A stretch of DNA of 43,645 bases from NCBI GenBank assembly GCA_905235775.1, contig CAJOMY010000001.1, positions 1-43,645 of the forward strand. The letters run 5' to 3'. The notes beneath the pieces were generated by a model, which saw only the letters and a program-made list of their open reading frames with translations, had not been told where the DNA came from and did no database searches. Both the position numbers and the translations under genes were made by a program. This document shows positions 1-8,358 of this stretch, piece after piece (the first letter of the stretch is position 1; each line of letters starts with the position of its first letter). Source of the stretch: an uncultured Bacteroidales bacterium. Its GTDB lineage: Bacteria; Bacteroidota; Bacteroidia; Bacteroidales; UBA932.

Positions 1-99
1 ATCTCCTTCCCCCGCAGCCAGGGGTGTTCGCGCTCGATGCGGGCGATCTCCCGGAACTGTCGCTCCGGCGTCCACTTCACGCCCTCATTCGGCGTGTCT
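1..99. repeat. Terminal direct repeat (99 nt, identical to 43547-43645); circular assembly overlap
   Basis: Exact sequence identity at both ends. It lies inside terL and its length matches a common assembler k-mer. Confidence 0.97.
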
Positions 100-1061
100 G
101 TGCAGCCGTAGAGCTCAAGGATGCGGTAGATCACCCCGTCGTAGTCCACGGCCCACCACGCGCAGGAGAAGGGCTTGGCATAGCCGAAGTCATAGCTGCG
201 GCAGATCTTCCAGTGCTTCATCTCGCCGCGCGTCAGGTCCAGTGGCGGGATCACGTGGCACCAGCGGTGGTGCTGCCTCAGCTCTTCGGCGGAATCCTGG
301 CAGCCTGCCGCCTCTGCCGCCACCAGATCGGGCTCCGGCCGGAAGTCCTCAAAGAACTGCCCCTCGAAAATATCCCAGCGCCCTTTCAGCCAGGCCTTGC
401 GCAGCTTGGGCGGGAGGTTCTCAAGCTGCTTGATATAGTCCGGGTTCGCCTCCATGAGCGCCTTGTTGTCCGTGACCAGGCTCTGGATGAAGCTGTACTC
501 CTCCGGGTCCTCGTCCGGCTTGAAGCGCCGGTCGATGAACAGGCGCCTGACCCACTCGTGTCCCACGCCGCCTGGGTTCATGGTGTAGTAGATCCGCTTG
601 GGGAAATTGTTCACGCCTCGGACGCAGGCCCGCAGCTTGTCCATGCTGTCCTCGCTCTGCTGCGTCGCCTCGTCCACGAACAGCACATCGATCTCGGTGC
701 CCTGAAAGCGCAGGGCGTCCCGCTCCTTGTCGCAGTATCGGAAGAGGATGCGGCTGCCGTTTGGGAACACGATGTGCTTTTTGCTGTCGTTGTAGGTCGC
801 AAGGCGCTCGCCGGCGCTCTCGGCATGGACGTGCAGCAGCTCGCAGAGCGGGAGGATGTGGTTCTCCTGCAGCTCCGGGTAGGTCTTGCGCACGATCATG
901 ACCTTGATGCCCGGATAGCGGAAGCACAGCAGCACGGCCTTGATGCGCACGGCCCAGCTCTTGCCGCCGCCGCGCGCCCCGCCGAAGCCGACGTATTTGT
1001 GCGTGTCGGTCAGAAACAGCTTTTGCTTGGGGCTCGGCGCCGGTATGTCCAGTGTCGGCAT
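1..1061 (-). CDS. terL: Terminase large subunit, 5' part (continues across the circular junction into 43546..43162; about 481 aa total)
   Basis: Manual translation from ATG 1061 (RBS GAAAGGAG): MPTLDIPAPSPKQKLFL..GFGGARGGGKS (Walker A), VLFVDEATQ (Walker B), YTMNPGG, SYDFGYAKPF nuclease motif. Missing from the ORF track because it runs off the contig end. Confidence 0.95.
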   Translation of the reverse strand, partial: MPTLDIPAPSPKQKLFLTDTHKYVGFGGARGGGKSWAVRIKAVLLCFRYPGIKVMIVRKTYPELQENHILPLCELLHVHAESAGERLATYNDSKKHIVFPNGSRILFRYCDKERDALRFQGTEIDVLFVDEATQQSEDSMDKLRACVRGVNNFPKRIYYTMNPGGVGHEWVRRLFIDRRFKPDEDPEEYSFIQSLVTDNKALMEANPDYIKQLENLPPKLRKAWLKGRWDIFEGQFFEDFRPEPDLVAAEAAGCQDSAEELRQHHRWCHVIPPLDLTRGEMKHWKICRSYDFGYAKPFSCAWWAVDYDGVIYRILELYGCTDTPNEGVKWTPERQFREIARIEREHPWLRGKE

Positions 1062-1074
1062 TCTTTGCTCCTTT

Positions 1075-1185
1075 CAGTCGCAGTCGTAAGTCGTGAGTCG
1101 TGAGTCGTGAGAAGGCAAGCCCCGGACCTGTCATTGCGAACCAGTGCGCACACTGGTGTGGCAATCCGTCTCTTTTCTCACGACT
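1075..1185. repeat. Heptamer tandem (AGTCGT[G/A]) plus a REP-like palindromic element between terS and terL
   Basis: Heptamer copies at about 1075-1113. Inverted repeat AGTCGTGAGAA (1103-1113) / TTCTCACGACT (1175-1185) encloses TGTCATTGCGAACCAGTGCGCACACTGGTGTGGCAATC (1129-1166). Confidence 0.75.
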
Positions 1186-1198
1186 GCCGCGCAGCGGC

Positions 1199-1696
1199 TT
1201 ACCCGCTCGCCTCCTCCGTCCCGTCCACAAAGCGGATTGTGACCTCTTCCCGGCCTCCGCTCTGTGCGGTCTCCCTCTGCAGCGCCAGCAGCCGCAGCTC
1301 GCTCTCCGCCGCCTCACGCGGCGTCTGGATGCCCAGCAGCGTCCGCACGTCCAGCAGGGCAGCCGTGGCAGCCCTCAGATCCCGCGCGTTTAGATGCTCG
1401 CTCCGCAGGATCTCGCCGGCCTTGTCCTTGGCAAGCAAAGCGATCTCCCGCATGGCGGCGTAGTCCTCGCAGCCGTCCCACTGTCCCGCAGCTGTCCCAC
1501 TGTCACGCTGTCCCGTTTCTTTCGGCGGTGCACACGCGGCAGGCTCGACAGGCGCGCTCTTATCCTGCGTCCATCCGTATTGCTTCACCCAGCGCCCGAC
1601 CGTGCTCTTGGGCACGTCGTACTTGGCCGCCAGCTGCCGCATGGAGAATCCGCGCCGGTAGTCTGCGCGCACGGCTTCTTTGTCGATATCTGCCAT
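1199..1696 (-). CDS. terS: Terminase small subunit (N-terminal HTH)
   Basis: HTH motif SMRQLAAKYDVPKSTVGRW, C-terminal VTIRF, directly upstream of terL. Confidence 0.85.
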   Translation of the reverse strand: MADIDKEAVRADYRRGFSMRQLAAKYDVPKSTVGRWVKQYGWTQDKSAPVEPAACAPPKETGQRDSGTAAGQWDGCEDYAAMREIALLAKDKAGEILRSEHLNARDLRAATAALLDVRTLLGIQTPREAAESELRLLALQRETAQSGGREEVTIRFVDGTEEASG

Positions 1697-1716
1697 CGTC
1701 TCACCTCTTTTCCTCC

Positions 1717-1754
1717 ATTATCCGCAAACATGCCGCCCTGTTTAATCCCCGCCT
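1717..1754 (-). promoter_or_regulatory. Putative late promoter: AGGCGGGGATTAA-N19-GATAAT
   Basis: The same 13-mer occurs at four intergenic sites with fixed spacing to a -10-like hexamer. Confidence 0.7.
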
Positions 1755-1783
1755 CGCAAAAAAAGCAAGGGACAGGCCGCAGC

Positions 1784-1999
1784 CTATCCCTTGTTGTGGT
1801 TTATCAGCATATTGGCGAGCGGGCAGCTCTTCCAGTCGCTGCGGCAATACCGCTCCTTGATCCGCCTGGCCCCCTGCGCATCCTTGAAGCTCAGGTTGAT
1901 AGACATGCCGGGCGAGAATCCGTCGCAGAAGAGATCGGTCGTCTCTTCTCCGTTGTAGAACGGGCACACCGCTGCGCTGCTCTCATAGTGCCGCGCCAT
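1784..1999 (-). CDS. Small Cys-rich protein (CPFY..C..C..C), candidate late activator
   Basis: 71 aa ORF with four Cys; last early gene before the late promoter. Confidence 0.6.
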   Translation of the reverse strand: MARHYESSAAVCPFYNGEETTDLFCDGFSPGMSINLSFKDAQGARRIKERYCRSDWKSCPLANMLINHNKG

Positions 2000-2267
2000 C
2001 GTTGATCTCCTCCTCTTCCGGGTCCGCCGGGATGACCGCCGGCAGCGCGTCGATCGCTTTATCGGACGTGACCAACACCTTGTCGAGCATGACGTAACGG
2101 ATCTTGTCCCTGTCGATCAGATCCCCGTGCGGCGGGACAGGGACGGCTTTACCTTTTTCAAGCGCCTCTCTAACTCCCGGCAAACACTTATGAACAGTCC
2201 CGTCAGAGAACACGACAATCATTTCGCCGCCTTTCGGCATCTCCATGTCGGAGATGTAAAGTCCCAT
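1983..2267 (-). CDS. Hypothetical phage protein (VPPHGDLIDRD motif)
   Basis: Overlaps its neighbours; probable start MGLYISD at 2267. Confidence 0.7.
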   Translation of the reverse strand: MGLYISDMEMPKGGEMIVVFSDGTVHKCLPGVREALEKGKAVPVPPHGDLIDRDKIRYVMLDKVLVTSDKAIDALPAVIPADPEEEEINDGAAL

Positions 2268-2269
2268 AC

Positions 2270-2467
2270 TTACAGCGCCCCCTTTCCCGGCTCGTCGATC
2301 CTGGCGAAGTAATCGCACTCCACTCTCAGATCGAAATTCTGGTTCGCCGGGAGCTTGCCCATATCGGCAAGCTCCTTTTCCAGCGCCCTCTTTTTGGCCA
2401 GGAGGGCGCAGACCTGGCCGTGCTGACAGTCGTTGCAGGCCTGCGGGTTCTTCCTTGTTTTGGTCAT
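2270..2467 (-). CDS. Hypothetical protein (CxxC..C)
   Basis: RBS GGAGG, operon-coupled. Confidence 0.65.
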   Translation of the reverse strand: MTKTRKNPQACNDCQHGQVCALLAKKRALEKELADMGKLPANQNFDLRVECDYFARIDEPGKGAL

Positions 2468-2481
2468 TCTTTATCCTCCTC

Positions 2482-3219
2482 CTAATCTATTTCCATCAGG
2501 CAAAAGATAGAGCAATCATCCATAATTTCTTCGTTCATGCGTCCTGCATTTGGGTCAAGCTCGTCAAGGTAAATCGGCCCGTTTTCGTCGTGCAAAATAG
2601 TATGTCCGATTTCGCGCTCCATCTTTGCCCGATCCTCAAACACTTCGGGGAAGTCAACACGGATTTTATTCCAGTATCCTGCTCCCCCCTTGACGCATCC
2701 ACGGCAGTTATTGTTTGAATACCCCATGTCATACATTGCAGGGCGCTTTATACCAAGTTCTTTGCAGATACCATGAGCATCCTGTTTTGTAAGCTCACGG
2801 TCTATAAGCGGAAACTCATGCTCAAAGTCTGGCATAGTTTCGATAAGCCTATCTGCGCGGTGCTTCTCGTTTGCATCCATGCCCCACACATAGGTTATGT
2901 TATAGTCCTGATGCTCAAACTCCCATTTCTTACGCACACGTTTCTTTAGCACTTCGGTACACTTTGCCCCATACGCTGAGTTTACAAAGCGAAATGCGCG
3001 GCACACGTCGCCTACACAGCTATATTCATCGGACTTCAAGATTTCAACAGGCTTGCCAAGCGCTTTCTCACAGTCCTTAATAAACCGCAAACTGTCAGGG
3101 TGTTGGTCTGCTACGTCAATGTAAATAAACTCGTCAACCGTGTCTCGAACAAGATACCCCGCTATGAACGATGATACGCCCGCTGAAATCCAACATACTT
3201 TAAGTTTTGGCTTTGTCAT
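2482..3219 (-). CDS. PAPS-reductase-like (PP-loop) protein with C-terminal Cys cluster
   Basis: WISAGVSS PP-loop-like motif, CTEVLKK, NNNCRGCVKGG, terminal CSIFC. Confidence 0.75.
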   Translation of the reverse strand: MTKPKLKVCWISAGVSSFIAGYLVRDTVDEFIYIDVADQHPDSLRFIKDCEKALGKPVEILKSDEYSCVGDVCRAFRFVNSAYGAKCTEVLKKRVRKKWEFEHQDYNITYVWGMDANEKHRADRLIETMPDFEHEFPLIDRELTKQDAHGICKELGIKRPAMYDMGYSNNNCRGCVKGGAGYWNKIRVDFPEVFEDRAKMEREIGHTILHDENGPIYLDELDPNAGRMNEEIMDDCSIFCLMEID

Positions 3220-3244
3220 AACCTCTCCTACAGATCCAACGCAA

Positions 3245-3886
3245 TCATTGTCCCACCCTCCAATAGTTCGTGCTGCCGGTCTCGATCAAAGTGTCCCTCA
3301 GCGTCACGCGGTCCCGGCCGAGCTTTATAAATACCATGTCTGGATCGCACAGCAGGGTTTCAGATTGGTGGATTTTGTCCAAATACCTGTACGCGAGCTG
3401 GTAATCCGCCTCAATGGGCTTATTGGAGGCGTCATACATGTCGAAGGCGCCGGGCTGGAGCAGGACCTGCTCGATCGTATCGGGGAACTCGTCGTTTACC
3501 ACGCGGTTCCAGATGCCTTGCAGGAAGGTTTCTTTGGATTGATCGTCATAATGGAACTCACTTATGCCTGCCAGGCACTTAGCAAACAGCATGGCCTCAT
3601 GCTTGAGCTGGATCGTGTACGGGTCCTGCTCAATGGCCTCCTGCGCCGCTGCCTCCTGTGCGGCCTCGTAGTCCGCCAGCCACCCGGTATAGGTCTCCAG
3701 CGCCTGCTTCTGGCCGTAGCGGGATGCTGCTATGGTCCAGGCCAGCAGCAGCAGACCGCAGAGGAAATACCGGGCGCACAGCGCAATTCGCCAGCGCAGC
3801 CGCTTGTCCGTGCGGATCTTCTCCGCCGCTCCCTGCAGGGCGGCGTGGATGCCGCCCCAGATATCGTTTATAATGCTCTTGCTCAT
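3245..3886 (-). CDS. Membrane-anchored SleB/CwlJ (Hydrolase_2)-like protein
   Basis: N-terminal TM helix, then WNRVVNDEFPDTIEQVLLQPGAF resembling the NRV..FP.TI..V..Q..QF signature. Confidence 0.6.
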   Translation of the reverse strand: MSKSIINDIWGGIHAALQGAAEKIRTDKRLRWRIALCARYFLCGLLLLAWTIAASRYGQKQALETYTGWLADYEAAQEAAAQEAIEQDPYTIQLKHEAMLFAKCLAGISEFHYDDQSKETFLQGIWNRVVNDEFPDTIEQVLLQPGAFDMYDASNKPIEADYQLAYRYLDKIHQSETLLCDPDMVFIKLGRDRVTLRDTLIETGSTNYWRVGQ

Positions 3887-4599
3887 TCTGTATCTCCTTT
3901 CTCGTCGTCAAGCTCTGTTCTGCTGATCCCGTCCCTCTCCGCCATGCTGTACCAACATCCGGGGTCCCAGTTCATTCCGCGGAAAAATTGTATTCTCTTT
4001 CTGAGGAAATCAATCCGGTCCTTCCTCTGTTCGGGCGTCATCTCGGGCGGTGGCGGGTTTCCCCCTTCAGACTTCCCCTTTCCTTGACTACCCTCTCCTA
4101 TACTTACCTCTTCTAACCTATCCTTACCTAACCTATCCTGTGTATCCGGTTTGGATACATCATGTATACAGTCTGTATCCATGCTGGATACACTTTGTAC
4201 ACGTCCCGCGTCCAATGCGGGCAGGACCGGCGTTTTCCCTTCTCCTGGGGTCATGGTGTATGCCTTGTTCTCGTCGTAATAGACGCCGCGCAGCAGCTCC
4301 CGGAAGGTGCTGGCCTTTTTCCGGTCGCTCTGGATATAGTTGTGGATTCGCCAGTGCTTGATGAGATACACGAAGTTGTCTCCCTTCTCGAAAGCAAGGA
4401 TGAACTTCTTGTTAATGAGCAGCATCATGGCGTCGTTGCTCGCTCCGCACATCCGCATGATCGAACGCGGATTTGACACGAAGCCGTCGTCGTCAGCGGC
4501 CAGATTGAGCCGCACATAGAGCATTTGCGCCTCCACAGGCATATCGGAAAAGGCGTCCGATTCTATGATGCTCTTGGCCAGCATCCTGCGTTCAGCCAT
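3883..4599 (-). CDS. Phage replication initiator (replisome organizer)
   Basis: MAERRM..SDAF.DMP..AQ.LY..L...ADDDGF N-terminus, IKHWRIHNYIQSDR, and internal iterons. Confidence 0.85.
   Translation of the reverse strand: MAERRMLAKSIIESDAFSDMPVEAQMLYVRLNLAADDDGFVSNPRSIMRMCGASNDAMMLLINKKFILAFEKGDNFVYLIKHWRIHNYIQSDRKKASTFRELLRGVYYDENKAYTMTPGEGKTPVLPALDAGRVQSVSSMDTDCIHDVSKPDTQDRLGKDRLEEVSIGEGSQGKGKSEGGNPPPPEMTPEQRKDRIDFLRKRIQFFRGMNWDPGCWYSMAERDGISRTELDDEKGDTE
4141..4202. repeat. Replication origin iterons: six heptamers at exact 11 bp spacing
   Basis: TGTATCC 4141, TGGATAC 4152, TGTATAC 4163, TGTATCC 4174, TGGATAC 4185, TGTACAC 4196. Confidence 0.8.
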
Positions 4600-5005
4600 T
4601 GCCATCACCTATGAACGCCTCGCGGATCTCCCCCTCGAGGTCGATCTGCTGATCCTTGCGGCCCTTCTTGATGACCCTGCGCACGCGCTTGAGCTTGCGG
4701 AAGATCTCGGCGAGCTCTGCCATGATGAACTCCTCGAACTCGTCCTCGTTGGCGAGCTTGATGCCCTTGCTGCCGCTTATGATGACCTTGGGATAGAGAT
4801 CCGAGGCGTTGATCTCCTCGATATCCCGCGTCAGGAGCCGCCGTGCCCCGCTGTTGTGGTAGGTGGTCCGGAAAATGCAGGGGTATTGCTTGATGCTGTC
4901 CGTGGTCTGCTCCATGCTCGTCCAGCGGTCCCCGCGGGAGAGGAGGAAGCGGTAAAGCGCTTCCTGCCTCGTCACGGTCTCCACGTAATCCTTGTCATAT
5001 CGCAT
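4592..5005 (-). CDS. Hypothetical protein, possibly winged-HTH
   Basis: 137 aa, operon-coupled, RLLTRDIEEIN..IISGSKGIKLA. Confidence 0.65.
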   Translation of the reverse strand: MRYDKDYVETVTRQEALYRFLLSRGDRWTSMEQTTDSIKQYPCIFRTTYHNSGARRLLTRDIEEINASDLYPKVIISGSKGIKLANEDEFEEFIMAELAEIFRKLKRVRRVIKKGRKDQQIDLEGEIREAFIGDGNG

Positions 5006-5017
5006 GATGGGCCCTCC

Positions 5018-5926
5018 TTACTGCAGGAAATCCGGGTACTCGATTTCCCCGGCGGGGACAGCCTCGCCCTCGGCCGGCGCGGGGATATCAACGCGCTCCG
5101 GCTCCTCCGGCACATCCAGCATCGGCGTCTCGCCGATCTCGTCAACCGTTACATAGTCCGTTTCTTCGTAGGTCTCTGTAGGTAAATCAACCATGTTTTC
5201 TTCGATAACGCTCTTGATCGTTTCATCCGCGGCAATCTGTCTGGAAAAGTCACTTTTCATTGGAGCGTATTTCAGTGTGCTTTTCAAAACCGTTTTCTTG
5301 GCCATTTCATCAAATTCTTTATGCCACGGTGATTCGTCGGATTTGTTATATGCGTCGCTGTGTTTCTTCGCATGCGCCTCGCAATCTTCCTTGCTCATGA
5401 CCTGGAAGCCGAAGGCCCCGTCTTTTGACCTCCATATCGCATAATACTGGATAGGCTTCCCTCTGTTTGAAAGTGCGGGTTTATGCCGAAGCTTCGGTTC
5501 AAGGCCAAATTCATACTCGAAGAAGTCGTTTTCATAAACAACTTGCGCGTCGATAGCGGAGACAAAATTGCTGCGATAAGCTAAGTCGATCATGCCCTTA
5601 TATCCGAACTCGAACTGCGCTTTCCAGACGCCTTTGATCCTGCGCGGAACGATATACGCTTGGCAAAGCGGGGTATTGGGCTCAAGGCCAAGTTGCGCAG
5701 CCTGCATCATTGCACCGAGAAAGCTGTTCGGTTCACAAATCTGAAGCATTGGATTGCTCGAAATGGCTGACAAAACCATCCGAGTGAAGCGCTCAGGCGT
5801 AATGACGGAGGGTAATGCCGCCTTAATCGCCGGTGCCATCTGATCGATCTTGGAAAGAAGAATTTTCTTCGGCGCATTATCTATTTTCTGCTGCTGCGCC
5901 GCGGCCTGAATCTTATTATTAGCCAT
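5018..5926 (-). CDS. recT: RecT-family single-strand annealing protein
   Basis: SFLGAMMQAAQLGLEPN, QAYIVP, GYKGMIDLAYRS, SPW..FDEMAKKTVLK. Confidence 0.93.
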   Translation of the reverse strand: MANNKIQAAAQQQKIDNAPKKILLSKIDQMAPAIKAALPSVITPERFTRMVLSAISSNPMLQICEPNSFLGAMMQAAQLGLEPNTPLCQAYIVPRRIKGVWKAQFEFGYKGMIDLAYRSNFVSAIDAQVVYENDFFEYEFGLEPKLRHKPALSNRGKPIQYYAIWRSKDGAFGFQVMSKEDCEAHAKKHSDAYNKSDESPWHKEFDEMAKKTVLKSTLKYAPMKSDFSRQIAADETIKSVIEENMVDLPTETYEETDYVTVDEIGETPMLDVPEEPERVDIPAPAEGEAVPAGEIEYPDFLQ

Positions 5927-5948
5927 GATTTAAAGCCTCCTTAAAAGT

Positions 5949-6022
5949 CATTACTTTTTGCATTACTTTTTTACACTCTGGAGTGTAAAAAGATATCAAG
6001 ATATCAAAATGTCAGTTAGTTA
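5949..6022. repeat. AT-rich repeat cluster (CATTACTTTTT x2; TTTTTACACTC-tg-GAGTGTAAAAA; AAGATATC x2)
   Basis: Direct repeats at 5949 and 5961, inverted repeat 5968-5991, 8-mer tandem 5990-6013. Confidence 0.75.
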
Positions 6023-6235
6023 GCTTACAAACGGGTTCTCGGTGATCTCTGCAACTCGGGCGTGATCCGCTCCAACAGCCTCACAAAATCCGAGGAAGCA
6101 GTCCTCGCACAGGTAAACTAAAATCTTCGGGGTGAACCAGGACCCACGCCGCACGCAAATCCCATACATGTCGGTCTTGCGGAGAACATCTTTGCAGACC
6201 GGGCATTTTGCGAAGTGTCTGGAATGTTGGCTCAT
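6020..6235 (-). CDS. Small zinc-finger-like protein (CPVC..LCEDC)
   Basis: Two CxxC pairs, operon-coupled. Confidence 0.65.
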   Translation of the reverse strand: MSQHSRHFAKCPVCKDVLRKTDMYGICVRRGSWFTPKILVYLCEDCFLGFCEAVGADHARVAEITENPFVS

Positions 6236-6402
6236 CCCCGTTTTCCCTTTCGCTCGTTCATCAACCGCTTCGCCCAGTTGTCCAGGCGGATGAATTCCGC
6301 CGTGCTGAGCTCCTTGTCGCGGGCGGCCTCAAGCAGGATTCCCCCGCGCTCGAGATCGCTTTGGGCCCTGTCAATGCGGGCCATGTACTCGCCGTAGCTC
6401 AT
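6232..6402 (-). CDS. Hypothetical 56 aa protein (MSYGEYMARIDRAQ...)
   Basis: Manual translation; ATGA overlaps with both neighbours. Confidence 0.6.
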   Translation of the reverse strand: MSYGEYMARIDRAQSDLERGGILLEAARDKELSTAEFIRLDNWAKRLMNERKGKRG

Positions 6403-7376
6403 GCCGCCCCCGCTCCCTTCTTCTCGGTGATCCGAAACACGCGGGACTTCCTTGCGTATTTGCTGAAATCAAAATCGGGGTAGTCCGCCTTGATCGCGTC
6501 CCGGTCGAGCGCCGCGGTGTTCTGCATCTTCCAGGAGACCGTGAAGCGCCCGCACTGGCCGCGGCTCTTGCTGCCGAGCTGCAGCTTCATCATGTTGTCC
6601 AGCCCGTCGATCTCCTCATTGAGCTCCTTGATATGCGCGTTCAGCACCTTCCGTCGCTCGAAAAACGGCTCAATCCCGGAGAGATCCACCGTGTCGCCGT
6701 CATCGGTATCGAACAGCTTCTTGATGGTCTCGCTCGTGGCGCTGTGCCCGTCTGCAGGCGGCGTCTTCCGGGGTAGCACATAGGTGTTCCAGAACGCTGC
6801 CTCCGCGTCCATGAGGGCCTTGATCTCGTCCTCGTCGCGCTCCAGCTCGAAGATCCGGAAGTCCCTGCACTCGCTCAAAACAGCCAGATACGCCTTCTGC
6901 GCCCCGGTCACAGCCAGGTAGTGCGTCATCTGCGCATACCACATTTCCGGGTATTCTCCCGTCCTGAACTTCTTCACGTTCACAAAGCTGTTGGTGGTCT
7001 TGCACTCGAGTATCGCGTCCTCGCCGATGATCTCCCGGTCGATGTTCGCACAGGCGAAGGGGTATTGCTCGTTGACCAGGGTGAAGTTGAGCCGCTGCAC
7101 CTTCTTCCCGGTCTCCTCCATGAAGAGCTTCGCCACCAGGTCCTCCAGCAGCGTCCCGGTCCGGGTGCTGATATTCCCCTCGAACTCGGGGACCTTCCCG
7201 GTCTTCTCCGCCCACACGGAAAAGGCGCTGCTGTAGGGGTTCATGCCGATAATCGCGCCGGCGTCGCTGCCGCCGATATAGCCCCGGCGGATCTGCAGCC
7301 ATTCCTCGTGGCTGCCGTAGGGAATCATCTGTAACCCGCGGTTGCGGATGGGGTTTCTCTCACTTGCTGTTGACAT
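6399..7376 (-). CDS. yqaJ: YqaJ / lambda-exonuclease family recombination nuclease
   Basis: EWLQIRRGYIGGSDAG, ANIDR, ILECKT, YAQMTHYLAVTG; sits near recT. Confidence 0.93.
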   Translation of the reverse strand: MSTASERNPIRNRGLQMIPYGSHEEWLQIRRGYIGGSDAGAIIGMNPYSSAFSVWAEKTGKVPEFEGNISTRTGTLLEDLVAKLFMEETGKKVQRLNFTLVNEQYPFACANIDREIIGEDAILECKTTNSFVNVKKFRTGEYPEMWYAQMTHYLAVTGAQKAYLAVLSECRDFRIFELERDEDEIKALMDAEAAFWNTYVLPRKTPPADGHSATSETIKKLFDTDDGDTVDLSGIEPFFERRKVLNAHIKELNEEIDGLDNMMKLQLGSKSRGQCGRFTVSWKMQNTAALDRDAIKADYPDFDFSKYARKSRVFRITEKKGAGAA

Positions 7377-7593
7377 AGATCTTCCTCCTTCTGAAAATGA
7401 TCTTTGTGACGCCGTTCCAGGCGATCCGCTTTCCTGTGCGCATCCGGCGCACCTGCTCGTCCGGGTTCCAGCCGCAGTGCTCGCAATCGTGATCGCAGGT
7501 CACCGTAGGGAAAAACATCTGTTCTTTCCCGGTGACTTCATTCCAGCCGAGATATCGGCACGGCGCACCCTCGTCCTTGCGCTTATAGCTCAT
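7360..7593 (-). CDS. Hypothetical Cys-rich protein (CDHDCEHCGWNP)
   Basis: Probable start MSYKRK at 7593. Confidence 0.6.
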   Translation of the reverse strand: MSYKRKDEGAPCRYLGWNEVTGKEQMFFPTVTCDHDCEHCGWNPDEQVRRMRTGKRIAWNGVTKIIFRRRKIYVNSK

Positions 7594-7693
7594 CCTCGTC
7601 CTCGTCCTCCCCGTAGGCGGCCTCAAAGCTCTCGTCAGCCACGATATCCGGGTCGAGCTTCCAGCTCGGATCTGGCACATCAAACATTGACAT
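7583..7693 (-). CDS. Small acidic peptide (MSMFDVPDPSWKLDPDIVADESFEAAYGEDEDEDEL)
   Basis: Manual translation with AAAGGA RBS. Confidence 0.5.
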   Translation of the reverse strand: MSMFDVPDPSWKLDPDIVADESFEAAYGEDEDEDEL

Positions 7694-7739
7694 TGGTCAT
7701 TCCTTTCTGGTAAAATACACATGGTTGAATTTTTTCGGC

Positions 7740-7777
7740 TGCCGCTTTCCCGTGTGCCCGCACGGGGAGGCGGCTTT
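7740..7777. terminator. GC-rich hairpin downstream of the MTase gene
   Basis: GCCGCTTTCCCGTG..CACGGGGAGGCGGC. Confidence 0.5.
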
Positions 7778-8344
7778 CTATTTTGTTCCTTTCTCCAAGG
7801 GGACAAATCTTGTGAATCCCTTTTTGTGGATCTCTGGCAGCCATACGCACCACATCACATCCATGAGTGGAGCGCCGTGGTTTCCTTCTTCCTTGAACAG
7901 GAAATCAGGCCGCCATGTCAGCGGGGCGACAATATCAGGGGGAAATTCCCTGAATAGTGGGATTCTCCTGCCTGCGTGCCAGTATTGGGACTTCAGCAGG
8001 AAAGCGAAGGGCTTCTTGTACCCGGCTGCGCGCTTGATAAATGCTTCGGAACACGAGAACGGGGGATTGGTGATAATCCAATCGAAACCGCATACAGGCG
8101 GGTTGCAGGTCAGGAAATCACTTCCTGCGCTGATGTCCGTCCCTACGCACCTATAGCCGCGTTCTTGAATTGCCTGGACCATATCACCGCTCCCGGATGC
8201 GCACTCCCATATGATCGTCTTTTCCGTGAGGATAGGTGATATCAGGTCGATAAGCGCGTCCGTCACGTCCGGCGGCGTTGGGTACAAGTCGTTCTTTCTT
8301 CGGGCCGAAGAATTCCCGGCTCCTATGATCCTGTTTGTCTCCAC
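7778..8344 (-). CDS. Small N6-adenine DNA methyltransferase
   Basis: DLYPTPP, WECASGSG (SAM motif), IITNPPF (motif IV). Confidence 0.85.
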   Translation of the reverse strand: METNRIIGAGNSSARRKNDLYPTPPDVTDALIDLISPILTEKTIIWECASGSGDMVQAIQERGYRCVGTDISAGSDFLTCNPPVCGFDWIITNPPFSCSEAFIKRAAGYKKPFAFLLKSQYWHAGRRIPLFREFPPDIVAPLTWRPDFLFKEEGNHGAPLMDVMWCVWLPEIHKKGFTRFVPLEKGTK

Positions 8345-8358
8345 GCATTAACCTCCTT

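Noticed and set aside
24-1317. ORFs 24..1103(+) and 421..1317(-), and an apparently truncated or split terL
   Set aside because: These are shadow frames. The real terL frame is continuous across the junction, with no frameshift or intron needed.
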